Of a stretch of 64,000 nucleotides of DNA, positions 30,247 to 38,364 are shown one piece after another. The position numbers and the translations under genes were made by a program. Numbering within the stretch: position 1 is the first letter of the stretch; the number at the start of each line of letters is the position of its first letter. This DNA is from Vicinamibacterales bacterium. Lineage in GTDB: Bacteria > Acidobacteriota > Vicinamibacteria > Vicinamibacterales > UBA8438. The notes below the pieces were generated by a model. That model had not been told where the DNA came from and ran no database searches. It was given only the letters and a program-made list of their open reading frames with translations. The DNA is taken from the NCBI GenBank assembly GCA_965202695.1, contig OZ241843.1:4352701-4416700 (forward strand). The letters run 5' to 3'.

Positions 30247-31268
30247 CGAAGCCCCTCGCCGGCGGCGGCTCCGCCGCCCGCTACGTTCCCCATCCGCGTC
30301 TCGAGGGCGGACACCGGATGACCCTGTTCACGTGGGGCCGCATCCGGCGCTTCCCGCGCCTGCCGCCGCCCGCGCCCCGCTACTTCGACGTCGCCCCCGA
30401 CGCGCGCGTGCTCGCCCACTGCCACTGGCAGCCCGAGCCGCGCCGGCGCCCCACGCTGATCGCCCTCCACGGCCTCGAAGGCTCCAGCCGGGCGCACTAC
30501 ATGCGCGGCCTCGCCGACAAGGCCCTCGCCGCGGGCATGAACGCGGTGCTGCTGAACCAGCGCAACTGCGGAGGCACCGAGGCCCTTTCCGCCGGCCTGT
30601 ACCACTCGGGGCTCTCCGCCGACCCGCGGGCGGTCATCGACGAACTGATCACGCTCGACCGGCTGCCGGCCATCGCCGTCGCCGGCTACTCGCTCGGGGG
30701 CAACGTCGCCGTACGCCTCGCCGGAGACTACGGCCGGGACGCGCCGCCCCAGCTTCGCGCCGTCGTCGCGGTCTCGCCCACCCTGCACCTGGGCATGTGC
30801 GTCGAGGCCCTCGAACGCCGATCGAACCGCCTGTACCAGTGGAACTTCGTGCGCAACCTGAAGCGCCGCATGAAGCGGAAGGCGCGGGCGTGGCCGGGCC
30901 GCTTCGACCTGAGCCGGCTCGGTTCGGTGCGCACGGTGCGCGACTTCGACGAGCGCTTCACGGCCCCCCACCACGGATTCCGGGACGCCGCCGACTACTA
31001 CCATCGGGCCAGCAGCCTCCGGGTCGTCGACCGCGTGCGGGTACCGACCCTCGTGGTGAGCGCCGCCGACGATCCGTTCGTCCCCCCGGAACAGTTCGGC
31101 CACCCGGCACTGGCCGCGAACCCGCGCATCACCGTGCAGATCACGCCCCGCGGCGGCCACTGCGGGTTCTATGCGCGCGCCGCGGCCGACTTCGACGGCT
31201 ACTGGGCCGAACGGCGGGTCGTCGACGCCGTACGGGAACACGCGGCGGCCGGCGCGCCGGCCGCGTAG
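30243..31268 (+). CDS. Alpha/beta hydrolase, YheT/ABHD1-3-like.
   Basis: Has LIALHGLEGSS, nucleophile elbow GYSLGGN, and FDERFTAPHHGF..A.DYY. The ATG at 30243 overlaps the dinB-like stop (ATGA). An alternative start is at 30318. Confidence 0.8.
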   Translation: MTKPLAGGGSAARYVPHPRLEGGHRMTLFTWGRIRRFPRLPPPAPRYFDVAPDARVLAHCHWQPEPRRRPTLIALHGLEGSSRAHYMRGLADKALAAGMNAVLLNQRNCGGTEALSAGLYHSGLSADPRAVIDELITLDRLPAIAVAGYSLGGNVAVRLAGDYGRDAPPQLRAVVAVSPTLHLGMCVEALERRSNRLYQWNFVRNLKRRMKRKARAWPGRFDLSRLGSVRTVRDFDERFTAPHHGFRDAADYYHRASSLRVVDRVRVPTLVVSAADDPFVPPEQFGHPALAANPRITVQITPRGGHCGFYARAAADFDGYWAERRVVDAVREHAAAGAPAA

Positions 31269-31303
31269 CGGCGGCGGACCGGGACGGACGCCGCCGCCGC
31301 CGG

Positions 31304-32062
31304 TCACCCCGCGGCGGGCAGGGCTTCGATGAACCGGCGGGCGAACTCGGGGCCCTTCCCCTCGTCCTCGTGCTTGAAGTAGACGAACACCTCGCGGCAA
31401 CCGCGGGCGCCCGCGGCGATGGTCTGCGCCCACCGGGCGACGTCCTCGGGCCGATAGCCCTCGTCCCGCAGCCGGAAGTAGCCGTAGTCGGCGGTCATCT
31501 CCATCGGCGTCGTCATCCGCGGGCTGTCGGCGACGCACAGCGCCAGGCGGCGCGCCCGCAGCCGTTCGAACACCGACGGGTCGTGCCACGACGCATGACG
31601 GAACTCGAAAGCGGCGCGGACGCCGGGCGGCAGCACCGCCAGGAAGTCGTCGAAGACCGCCAGGTCCTTCCTGAACGACGGCGGCAACTGGAACAGCAGG
31701 ACCCCGAGCTTCGGCCCCAGCGCCTGCGCCGCCCCGCAGAACGCCCCGGCGGCGTCCCCGCAGCCGCGCAGCCGGGCCTCGTGGGTGATGCGCCGCGGCG
31801 CCTTGAGGGTGAAACGGAAATGCCCGGGGGTCAGGTCCGACCACCCGGCCAGCAACCGTTCGGTCGGCATGCGGTAGAAGGTGTAGTTGATCTCGACGGT
31901 GGGCAACCGCTCCGCATAGAAGGGCAGCATCTTCCGCGGCGGCAGCTTGTCCGGATAGAAGCTGCCCCTCCATTCCGCGTAGTTGTACCCGGACGTGCCG
32001 ACGAGGATTCGCGGCGCCCCGGCCCGGTCTGCGCCGTCCGGTTGCGGCGGCGGTGTTCGCAT
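31304..32062 (-). CDS. DUF72 (YecE-like) family protein.
   Basis: ILVGTSGYNYAEWRGSFYP, FYAERLPTVEINYTFYRMP, LFQLPPSF and EFRHASW are classic DUF72 blocks. Confidence 0.85.
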   Translation of the reverse strand: MRTPPPQPDGADRAGAPRILVGTSGYNYAEWRGSFYPDKLPPRKMLPFYAERLPTVEINYTFYRMPTERLLAGWSDLTPGHFRFTLKAPRRITHEARLRGCGDAAGAFCGAAQALGPKLGVLLFQLPPSFRKDLAVFDDFLAVLPPGVRAAFEFRHASWHDPSVFERLRARRLALCVADSPRMTTPMEMTADYGYFRLRDEGYRPEDVARWAQTIAAGARGCREVFVYFKHEDEGKGPEFARRFIEALPAAG

Positions 32063-32140
32063 CGGCGGCAGTGTACCCGACGGGCCGGTCCGCTCGTCAC
32101 GCCAGGGCGTGGTCTCCGGCCGCGGCGGCGCCCGTCTTCA

Positions 32141-32240
32141 GGCCCGTGGTGGAACCCGCGCCGCGCCCGAAGGGCGCCGGCGAACGCCGAGGGCGCCGGC
32201 GGGCAGAGAACGCGCCGGGCGGGAGAAGCCGCGGGAAGAC
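32141..32240 (+). repeat. Interspersed repeat family, copy D (left half only).
   Basis: GGCCCGTGGTGGAACCCGCGCCGCGCCCGAAGGGCGCCGGCGAACGCCGAGGGCGCCGGCGGGCAGAGAACG aligns with the 5' parts of copies A and C. Boundaries are approximate. Confidence 0.6.
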
Positions 32241-32286
32241 CGCGCGGCGGGGCGGGTCCCGGACACGCCGGCGGGCGGGGCGGGTC

Positions 32287-32592
32287 TCAGTCGAGATCGA
32301 AGTCGCGGGAGGGCCGCGTGACCGGTTCGTGGCGCGCCCGTTCGAGCGCCTCGTCGAAACGCTTCGACAGGACGTCGCCGCGGTTCCGCTCGTCGCTCAC
32401 CGACTGCGCGAACCGGGCCTCGCGGCGGGCCGCCTGCTCGGCCAGGATGCGCCGGGCCTGATCCAGCTCGGGCTTGTCCTCGGGATCGGGATCGCGATGG
32501 GCGACCACGCGCTTCAGCCGGGAATCGACGGTCTGCACCGCGCCACAGCAGGGACAGACGACATCGAACTCCGACGACAGCAGCGTGGTCAT
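32287..32592 (-). CDS. Small hypothetical protein with an N-terminal CPCC motif and a charged helical tail.
   Basis: MTTLLSSEFDVVCPCCGAVQTVDSRLKRVV... followed by Arg/Glu/Asp-rich sequence. Non-shadow composition. Confidence 0.55.
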   Translation of the reverse strand: MTTLLSSEFDVVCPCCGAVQTVDSRLKRVVAHRDPDPEDKPELDQARRILAEQAARREARFAQSVSDERNRGDVLSKRFDEALERARHEPVTRPSRDFDLD

Positions 32593-32610
32593 GGGACGAT
32601 GCCCCGCCCG

Positions 32611-32841
32611 TCACCCTTCCTCTTCGTAGCCCTCTTCCTCCATCGGACTGATGCGGGTCGAAGGCCTCAGCGCCTCCCGATAGTCGTAGATCGGAAACCC
32701 CTGCACGTGGAGCGAAAGGGCGCAGCCGGGCGCCTTCCGGTCGACGACGACGGTGACCGGGCTACCCTGCACCCCCTCGCGAAACGCGAGGCGGCATCCG
32801 CAGGGCAGCTTGGCGTGTACGAACCCTTTCAGCATCGACAA
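32611..32841 (-). CDS. Small hypothetical protein with CGC and GC Cys motifs and an acidic C-terminus.
   Basis: MSMLKGFVHAKLPCGCRLAFREGVQGSPVTVVVDRKAPGCALSLHVQGFPIYDY...EEEGYEEEG. It lies 18 nt upstream of the next small ORF and 54 nt downstream of the TlpA-like gene, same strand. Confidence 0.5.
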   Translation of the reverse strand: MSMLKGFVHAKLPCGCRLAFREGVQGSPVTVVVDRKAPGCALSLHVQGFPIYDYREALRPSTRISPMEEEGYEEEG

Positions 32842-32895
32842 CCCTCGTCCCGATCATACACCAGCCGCCCGCGCGCGTCCCGTCGGGCCGGTCCG

Positions 32896-33459
32896 CTACA
32901 GCAGGTCCTCGATGTCCTTCTCGAACTCGTCCCGGGTCGCGATGCCGGCGTGGGTGCGGCACACCGTACCCTCGCGGTCGATGAAGAACGTCATCGGCAC
33001 GCCCCAGATCGGTCCGTAGGCCTCCTGGAAGTCCTCGCGCCCCAGCCCCACGAGCATCGGGTAGTTCACGTCGTACTCGTCGGCGAACTCCCGGATCCTG
33101 TCGACCGTGTCGTCCACCGACAGGCCGAGCACCACCAGCCCGTCGCCGCCGTACCGCTCGGCGAACTCGACGAACCAGGGTACTTCGATCTTGCAGGGGC
33201 CGCACCACGTGGCCCAGAAGTTCAGCAGCACGACCTTGCCGCGCAGCGACTCGAAGTCGACGTCCCGCCCGTCGTGGTCCTGCAGCACGAAATCGTAGTT
33301 CGCGGGCCTGGCCCCGGCATCGCACGCCGCGCCGACCTCGCCGCCGCCCGCCGCGCCGCTCGCGTGCGGGTGCGCATGGGACGGCAGAACGCCGGCCGGG
33401 AGCGTGGACAGCGCCAACGCCAGGGCGGCCGCGCCCGCCACCATCCAACGCAACGTCAT
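32896..33459 (-). CDS. TlpA/ResA-family periplasmic thiol:disulfide oxidoreductase (thioredoxin fold).
   Basis: Signal-like N-terminus, LRGKVVLLNFWATWCGPCKIEVP (WCGPC active site) and YPMLVG. This is only the last 188 codons of listed ORF 32896..38037; start ATG 33459. Confidence 0.85.
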   Translation of the reverse strand: MTLRWMVAGAAALALALSTLPAGVLPSHAHPHASGAAGGGEVGAACDAGARPANYDFVLQDHDGRDVDFESLRGKVVLLNFWATWCGPCKIEVPWFVEFAERYGGDGLVVLGLSVDDTVDRIREFADEYDVNYPMLVGLGREDFQEAYGPIWGVPMTFFIDREGTVCRTHAGIATRDEFEKDIEDLL

Positions 33460-33676
33460 GATGACCTGCTCCTCTCGTCGGGCGGCGCGCCGGAGCCCGG
33501 CCGGCCGCGCGCCCTCGCGCATATAGCGTCGCATACCCCGAGCGGGCTTGTCCACGCCCCGCGCCGCGGCCGCCCTCCCCGGGGGACACCGCGGGGCGGG
33601 CGGCAAGCCCGCCGGCCCGCGCGCCACCCGGCGGCGTGCATTCGATCGGACGGCCTGCCGCGACCCCGCCAATTTG

Positions 33677-33692
33677 TGGCATGTTTTTTGCT
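33677..33692 (+). promoter_or_regulatory. Candidate sigma-54 (RpoN) -24/-12 promoter.
   Basis: TGGCATgttttTTGCT matches the consensus TGGCAC-N5-TTGCW with exact GG-to-GC spacing (G at 33678 to G at 33690 is 12 nt). It is 133 nt upstream of the ATG at 33826, in an unusually A/T-containing patch of the 365-bp divergent intergenic region. Confidence 0.5.
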
Positions 33693-33765
33693 TGAACATG
33701 AGCGGCTGCCGGGCGCGGGGCGGGAACCCGCGGCGCCGGACCGCGGGGCGGCCCTGCCCCCGGCG

Positions 33766-33795
33766 TTGCGACCGCCCTTCGGCTGCGGGTAGAAT
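33766..33795 (+). promoter_or_regulatory. Candidate sigma-70-type promoter (TTGCGA-N18-TAGAAT).
   Basis: -35-like TTGCGA at 33766-33771 and -10-like TAGAAT at 33790-33795. A GAGGTG Shine-Dalgarno at 33814-33819 lies 6 nt before ATG 33826. Confidence 0.35.
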
Positions 33796-33825
33796 GGAAC
33801 GAGATTGGCCCTCACGAGGTGAAAC

Positions 33826-36800
33826 ATGAGCCGCAGCACTTGCGGGCGCGCCATCCGGAACCGCGTGGTCCGCGCCGTCCTGATCGGCGCGCTGGCCCTC
33901 GGCTGGACCGTCGATGCGATGGCCCAGGCCGCGACCCCGTTCTTCCCGTACTACGGCAAGAACCGGGTCAAGTACGACGACTTCCAGTGGCACATCTACA
34001 CCACCGACCACTTCGAGATCTTTTACTATCCCGAAGTGGAAGAGCACCTGGAGCGCGTCGCGAGCTACGCGGAGAGCGCGTATGCCCAGATCAGCGCCGA
34101 CCTGACGCACGACCTCGCGAACCTCGTGCCCCTCGTGATCTTCAAGACGCACAGCGAGTTCGAGCAGCAGAACATCATTCCCGGCGCGGTGTCCGACGGC
34201 GTCGGCGCCTTCGCCGAGCCGTTCCGGCAGCGGATCGTGCTCCCCATCGACGAGCCGCCCGACCAGCTCTACCGGCTGATCGCCCACGAGCTGACCCACC
34301 AGTTCGCGTTCGACATCATCCCGCGCTCGGTCATCCGGCGCGGCATCCCGTTGTGGGTGGACGAAGGACTGGCCGACTACCTGGGCGGCGTGTGGCGGCC
34401 CCTCGACCTGATGACGGTGCGCGACGCCGCCCTCTCGGACACCCTGCCGGAAATGAGCAACTTCGAGGGCGGGGGCATCAACGCGAGCCCCCGGCTCGTC
34501 TACAACCTGGGACACGCCGCCTTCGAGTTCATCGAGGATCGCTGGGGCATGGCCGGCGTCCGGGAGTTCCTGTTCTCGTTGCGGAAGTCGGTGATCGGCG
34601 GCGAGAGCGACATCTACGAGGACGCGTTCAACATCCCCGCCGAGGAGTTCGACGTCGAGTTCGAGTCCTGGATCCGGCGGCGGTTCCAGGCCTTCCGGGA
34701 CAAGGAGCGGCCCGACGACTACGGCCGCGACCTGGCCCCCGACCCGTCCGAGACGCCGTACCTGGCGGTCTATTCCATCGAGCCGTCGCCGTCCGGCGAC
34801 CTCCTCGCCGCCTACGCGATCAACCGCAAGGAGCGGGAGATCGACGTCATCCTGCTGTCGACCGAGGACGGCGAAGTCGTGGGCAACCTGACCGCCGGCT
34901 TCAACCAGGATCTCGGGTACGAGTCGATTCAGCTCCCGGGCGCCCGGTGGAACGCGGTGCCGTGGATGTCGTGGTCGGGGGTCGACGACCGCCTGGCGTA
35001 CTTCGTCCGCAAGGGGAAGTACCGGTCGCTGATGCTGCAGAACGTGGTGACCCGGGACGCCGAACGGATGATCGACCTCCCGATGGTCGACGCCCCCGAA
35101 TCGCCGGACTTCTCGCCGGACGGACGCCACGTCGTCTTCTCGGCGCTGCAGAACGCGGTGGGCGACATCTACCTCCTGGACCTCGAGACCGAGGAGGTGA
35201 CGAACCTGACCGAGGACGAGTTCGCCGACTATGCGCCGACGTTCTCGCCCGACGGCTCCTATCTCGTCTACGTGGCGCGGATCAGCGGCAACAACAAGCT
35301 GTTCAAGCTCGACCTCGCCACGCGGGAAAAGACGCAGCTCACGTTCGGGACGTTCAGCGAGGCGGGCGCCCAGTTCCTCGACGACGACACCCTGGTCTTC
35401 TCGTCGACGGCCACCGACCCGCTGGCCCCGGTCGACCCGGAAGTGGCCGCCAACGGCGACATCTACAACGTGTGGACGCTCGATCTGAACACCGGCGAGT
35501 TCCGCCAGTACACCGACACCGTCACCGGCAACGTCTCGACCGTCGTCCTGCCCGGCGACCCCGAGCCGCGCATCGCCTTCGTCACCTATTTCAAGGGCGA
35601 GTACGGGATCCACACCATCGAGAGGGACGAGCCGCTGTACACCGCGTTCACGTCGGACTTCGGCGCCCCCGGCCCCAACATCGACTTCCAGGCGCCGTTG
35701 ACCCACACCCTCGTGACCGCCAACAACCGGCGCAAGGGACGGTTCGAGAAGATGTTCCTCGACGGGACGCCGCCCCTCAACGTCGGGTTCACCAACAGCG
35801 GCGACATTCTCGGCGGCACCGTCGTCTCGTTCTCCGACGTCCTCGGCGACCAGAGCTTCAACCTCTTCGCCTATTCCATCGCCCAGTACCGGACCTTCTC
35901 GGGTTCGTACGTCAACATGAGCGGCCGCTTCCAGTTCGCCTTGCAGGGGTTCTCGCAGGAGATGTTCTTCTACGGCGCGGCCGGCTTCTACGCGCCGTCG
36001 CTCGCCTTCCTCAGCCGTGACGAGGCGCTCGCGGTGCAGACGGTGCGGGGCGGAAGCGCCTTCGGCATCTACCCGCTCGACCGCTACCGCCGCCTCGAGC
36101 TGACCGGCGGGATGTTCCACTTCAACGAGCGGTTCAACGACCCGTTCCTGCAGCAGCAGTCCGACACGTACCAGCAGCAGCGGTTCGGCACCCGGCTGTT
36201 CCGCAGCGGCACCCAGCTGCCCGTCGGGGTCTCGTTCATCCAGGAGACCACCGTCTTCCGCGAGTTCGGGCCGGTGTCGGGCAACACGATGCGCCTCGCC
36301 TTCCAGTACGCGCCGACCGTGGGCGACACGTTTCTGGGCAAGCAGACCCTCGACGCCGACGCCCGCTACTATCTGCGGCTCGGCGAGACCGGCGTGCTCG
36401 CCCTGCGCGGCCGCGCCCTCAAGAGCTTCGGGGATTTCCCGGACTTTCTCTACTTCGGCGGAAACTCGGAGATGCGCGGCTACGAATATCTGGAGTTCAT
36501 CGGGCACAACGCCATGTTCTTCAACGCCGAGTTGCGCTTCCCGCTCATCGAGGCGATGCTGACGCCGATCGGCCTGATGGGAGGCGTCCGCGGGACGTTC
36601 TTCTTCAACATGGGCGGAGCGAGCCTGAACGACCAGCCGTTCCAGTGGCTCGCCACGGGCGCCGAAACCGTGACGCCGACCATCGGCTTCGGCCGGAACC
36701 CCGTGACCGGCGGCTACTTCGAAGTGTTCGGCGACCCGGCGCAGGTCTCGGGGTTCCGGCTCGTGGACGGCCGGGCGTCCTACGGCATCGGCCTGATGAC

Positions 36801-36948
36801 GTCGGTCATCGGCATCCCGCTGCACTTCGACTGGTCCTGGCGCACGCTGTTCAACGAGGATTGGGAGAACATCGTCTTCGCGACCCGAGGGGGCAGCGCC
36901 GTCTTCCGCGACCCGCGCTTCGACTTCTGGATCGGCTACGACTTCTGA
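33826..36948 (+). CDS. 1040-aa outer-membrane fusion protein: N-terminal HExxH peptidase-like domain, TolB-like PD40 beta-propeller repeats, and a C-terminal Omp85/BamA-like beta-barrel.
   Basis: Signal peptide (…TVDAMAQAA), LIAHELTHQF (HELTH codons 34285-34299) and WVDEGLADY. PD40-type repeats (FSPDGRHVVFSA, FSPDGSYLVYVA, YNVWTLDL). The C-terminal region has GGNSEMRGYEY, FNAELRFPL and the terminal ...FWIGYDF (aromatic last residue). Confidence 0.85.
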   Translation: MSRSTCGRAIRNRVVRAVLIGALALGWTVDAMAQAATPFFPYYGKNRVKYDDFQWHIYTTDHFEIFYYPEVEEHLERVASYAESAYAQISADLTHDLANLVPLVIFKTHSEFEQQNIIPGAVSDGVGAFAEPFRQRIVLPIDEPPDQLYRLIAHELTHQFAFDIIPRSVIRRGIPLWVDEGLADYLGGVWRPLDLMTVRDAALSDTLPEMSNFEGGGINASPRLVYNLGHAAFEFIEDRWGMAGVREFLFSLRKSVIGGESDIYEDAFNIPAEEFDVEFESWIRRRFQAFRDKERPDDYGRDLAPDPSETPYLAVYSIEPSPSGDLLAAYAINRKEREIDVILLSTEDGEVVGNLTAGFNQDLGYESIQLPGARWNAVPWMSWSGVDDRLAYFVRKGKYRSLMLQNVVTRDAERMIDLPMVDAPESPDFSPDGRHVVFSALQNAVGDIYLLDLETEEVTNLTEDEFADYAPTFSPDGSYLVYVARISGNNKLFKLDLATREKTQLTFGTFSEAGAQFLDDDTLVFSSTATDPLAPVDPEVAANGDIYNVWTLDLNTGEFRQYTDTVTGNVSTVVLPGDPEPRIAFVTYFKGEYGIHTIERDEPLYTAFTSDFGAPGPNIDFQAPLTHTLVTANNRRKGRFEKMFLDGTPPLNVGFTNSGDILGGTVVSFSDVLGDQSFNLFAYSIAQYRTFSGSYVNMSGRFQFALQGFSQEMFFYGAAGFYAPSLAFLSRDEALAVQTVRGGSAFGIYPLDRYRRLELTGGMFHFNERFNDPFLQQQSDTYQQQRFGTRLFRSGTQLPVGVSFIQETTVFREFGPVSGNTMRLAFQYAPTVGDTFLGKQTLDADARYYLRLGETGVLALRGRALKSFGDFPDFLYFGGNSEMRGYEYLEFIGHNAMFFNAELRFPLIEAMLTPIGLMGGVRGTFFFNMGGASLNDQPFQWLATGAETVTPTIGFGRNPVTGGYFEVFGDPAQVSGFRLVDGRASYGIGLMTSVIGIPLHFDWSWRTLFNEDWENIVFATRGGSAVFRDPRFDFWIGYDF

Positions 36949-37095
36949 CCGCCCGAGGCGCGAGAGCGAGAGGACGCGCGCCGGCACGGCGGTGGATCTC
37001 GCCGCTTGCAAGCGGTCGTGAGCACGTGTTACCGTAGGGTTCCCTTTCGTCGTTCCGCCATTGACGACCCCCCTGCGAGATCCCATCCAACCATA

Positions 37096-38064
37096 ATGAA
37101 GGTCGTCGTCGCGGGCAGCGGAGGATTCATCGGTGGGCACCTCGCCAGGGCGTTGCTGGCGGACGGCCACCGCGTCCGTTGCGTGGACTGCCGACCGCTG
37201 AAGGAGTGGCAACAGGTCCACGACGACGCCCAGAACGTCGTCGCCGACCTCCGGCGCCGCGACGCCTGCATGGCCGCCTGCGAGGGAATGAACGCCTGTT
37301 ATCAACTGGCCGCCGACATGGGGGGGATCGGCTTCATCGAGCTCAACAAGGCGCTGTGCATGCTCTCGGTCCTGATCAACACCCACATGCTTCTGGCGGC
37401 CAGGGACCACGGGGTCGAGTCGTTCTTCTACGCTTCGTCCGCCTGCGTCTACAACGAAGACAAGCAGAGCCGCGCGGACGCGGCTCCCCTCCGGGAAGCG
37501 GACGCCTACCCCGCCATGCCCGAGGACGGCTACGGCTGGGAGAAGCTGTTTTCCGAACGGATGTGCCGCCACTTCCGCGAGGACTTCGGGCTGCGCACAC
37601 GCGTGGCCCGCTATCACAACGTCTACGGTCCGTTCGGCACGTGGGAGGGCGGCCGGGAGAAGGCGCCGGCCGCGATCTGCCGCAAGGTGATCCACGCCAA
37701 GCGCACCGGCGACCTCGACGTCGAGATATGGGGCAGCGGCGCGCAAACCCGGTCCTTCATGTACATCGACGACTGCCTGAAGGGCACCCGCGACATCATG
37801 GCCAGCGACATCCTCGACCCCGTCAACCTCGGCTCGAGCGAGCTGGCGACCGTCGATGGACTCGTGGACCTGGTCGAGGACATCGCCGGCGTGACGTTGA
37901 AGCGCCGCTACCGGCCCGACGCGCCCAAGGGCGTGAACGGCCGCAACAGCGACAACTCGATGATCCGGCAGGCTCTCGGGTGGGAGCCGTCGACCCGGCT
38001 GCGGGACGGCATGGAACGCACCTACCGCTGGATACACGACGAGTACGTGAAGAAGTACGGCTGA
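37096..38064 (+). CDS. gme: GDP-mannose 3,5-epimerase-like NAD-dependent epimerase (SDR superfamily).
   Basis: GSGGFIGGHL, YASSACVY, PEDGYGWEKL, and especially RYHNVYGPFGTWEGGREKAPAAICRK closely parallel plant GME (…FHNIYGPFGTWKGGREKAPAAFCRK) as I remember it. Start ATG 37096. Confidence 0.8.
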   Translation: MKVVVAGSGGFIGGHLARALLADGHRVRCVDCRPLKEWQQVHDDAQNVVADLRRRDACMAACEGMNACYQLAADMGGIGFIELNKALCMLSVLINTHMLLAARDHGVESFFYASSACVYNEDKQSRADAAPLREADAYPAMPEDGYGWEKLFSERMCRHFREDFGLRTRVARYHNVYGPFGTWEGGREKAPAAICRKVIHAKRTGDLDVEIWGSGAQTRSFMYIDDCLKGTRDIMASDILDPVNLGSSELATVDGLVDLVEDIAGVTLKRRYRPDAPKGVNGRNSDNSMIRQALGWEPSTRLRDGMERTYRWIHDEYVKKYG

Positions 38065-38239
38065 ACAGCCCGCGGCGAAACGCCCGGCCGCATTGCGAGC
38101 GGCGATGCGTCATCCCGTCCGACCGCGTCGTCCGGCGGTTGAACATGCTTGACGTCGATATGCGCCTTCATCGCGCTTCGTCCGCCGGGCGATCTCTGTC
38201 CGCCGACGCCCTCGGTGTTCGCCGTCGCCCCCCCGGCGC
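38061..38239 (-). repeat. Interspersed repeat family, copy E (full length, inverted), directly abutting the G22 tract.
   Basis: CTGAACAGCCCGCGGCGAAACGCCCGGCCGCATTGCGAGCGGCGATGCG...GGCGGTTGAACATG...ATATGCGCC...GTCCGCCGACGCCCTCGGTGTTCGCC aligns along its whole length with the reverse complement of copy F. Confidence 0.8.
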
Positions 38240-38261
38240 GGGGGGGGGGGGGGGGGGGGGG
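38240..38261 (+). repeat. Homopolymer G22.
   Basis: 22 consecutive G, counted directly. It ends 103 nt upstream of ATG 38365. Confidence 0.95.
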
Positions 38262-38364
38262 ACAGGCAGTGAAACGATCGCACGCCGACCGGCCCGCAAG
38301 GCGCCGTCCGACGGCTCGACGGGCCGGCCCGGACGACCCCGCCGGACACGCCCGGCCGCACGCC

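Noticed and set aside
33460-38037. The upstream 1525 codons of the 1713-aa minus-strand ORF 32896..38037.
   Set aside because: Only the last 188 codons (TlpA-like, from ATG 33459) look like protein. The rest is an antisense shadow of the 1040-aa OMP gene and the GME-like gene (V/G/D/E/R-rich with no motifs).
38149-38364. The N-terminal extension of the glycosyltransferase ORF that reads through the repeat copy and the G22 tract as a poly-Gly run.
   Set aside because: The extension is encoded by the interspersed repeat and the homopolymer and has no GT2-like sequence. The GT2 domain begins right after the Met at 38365.
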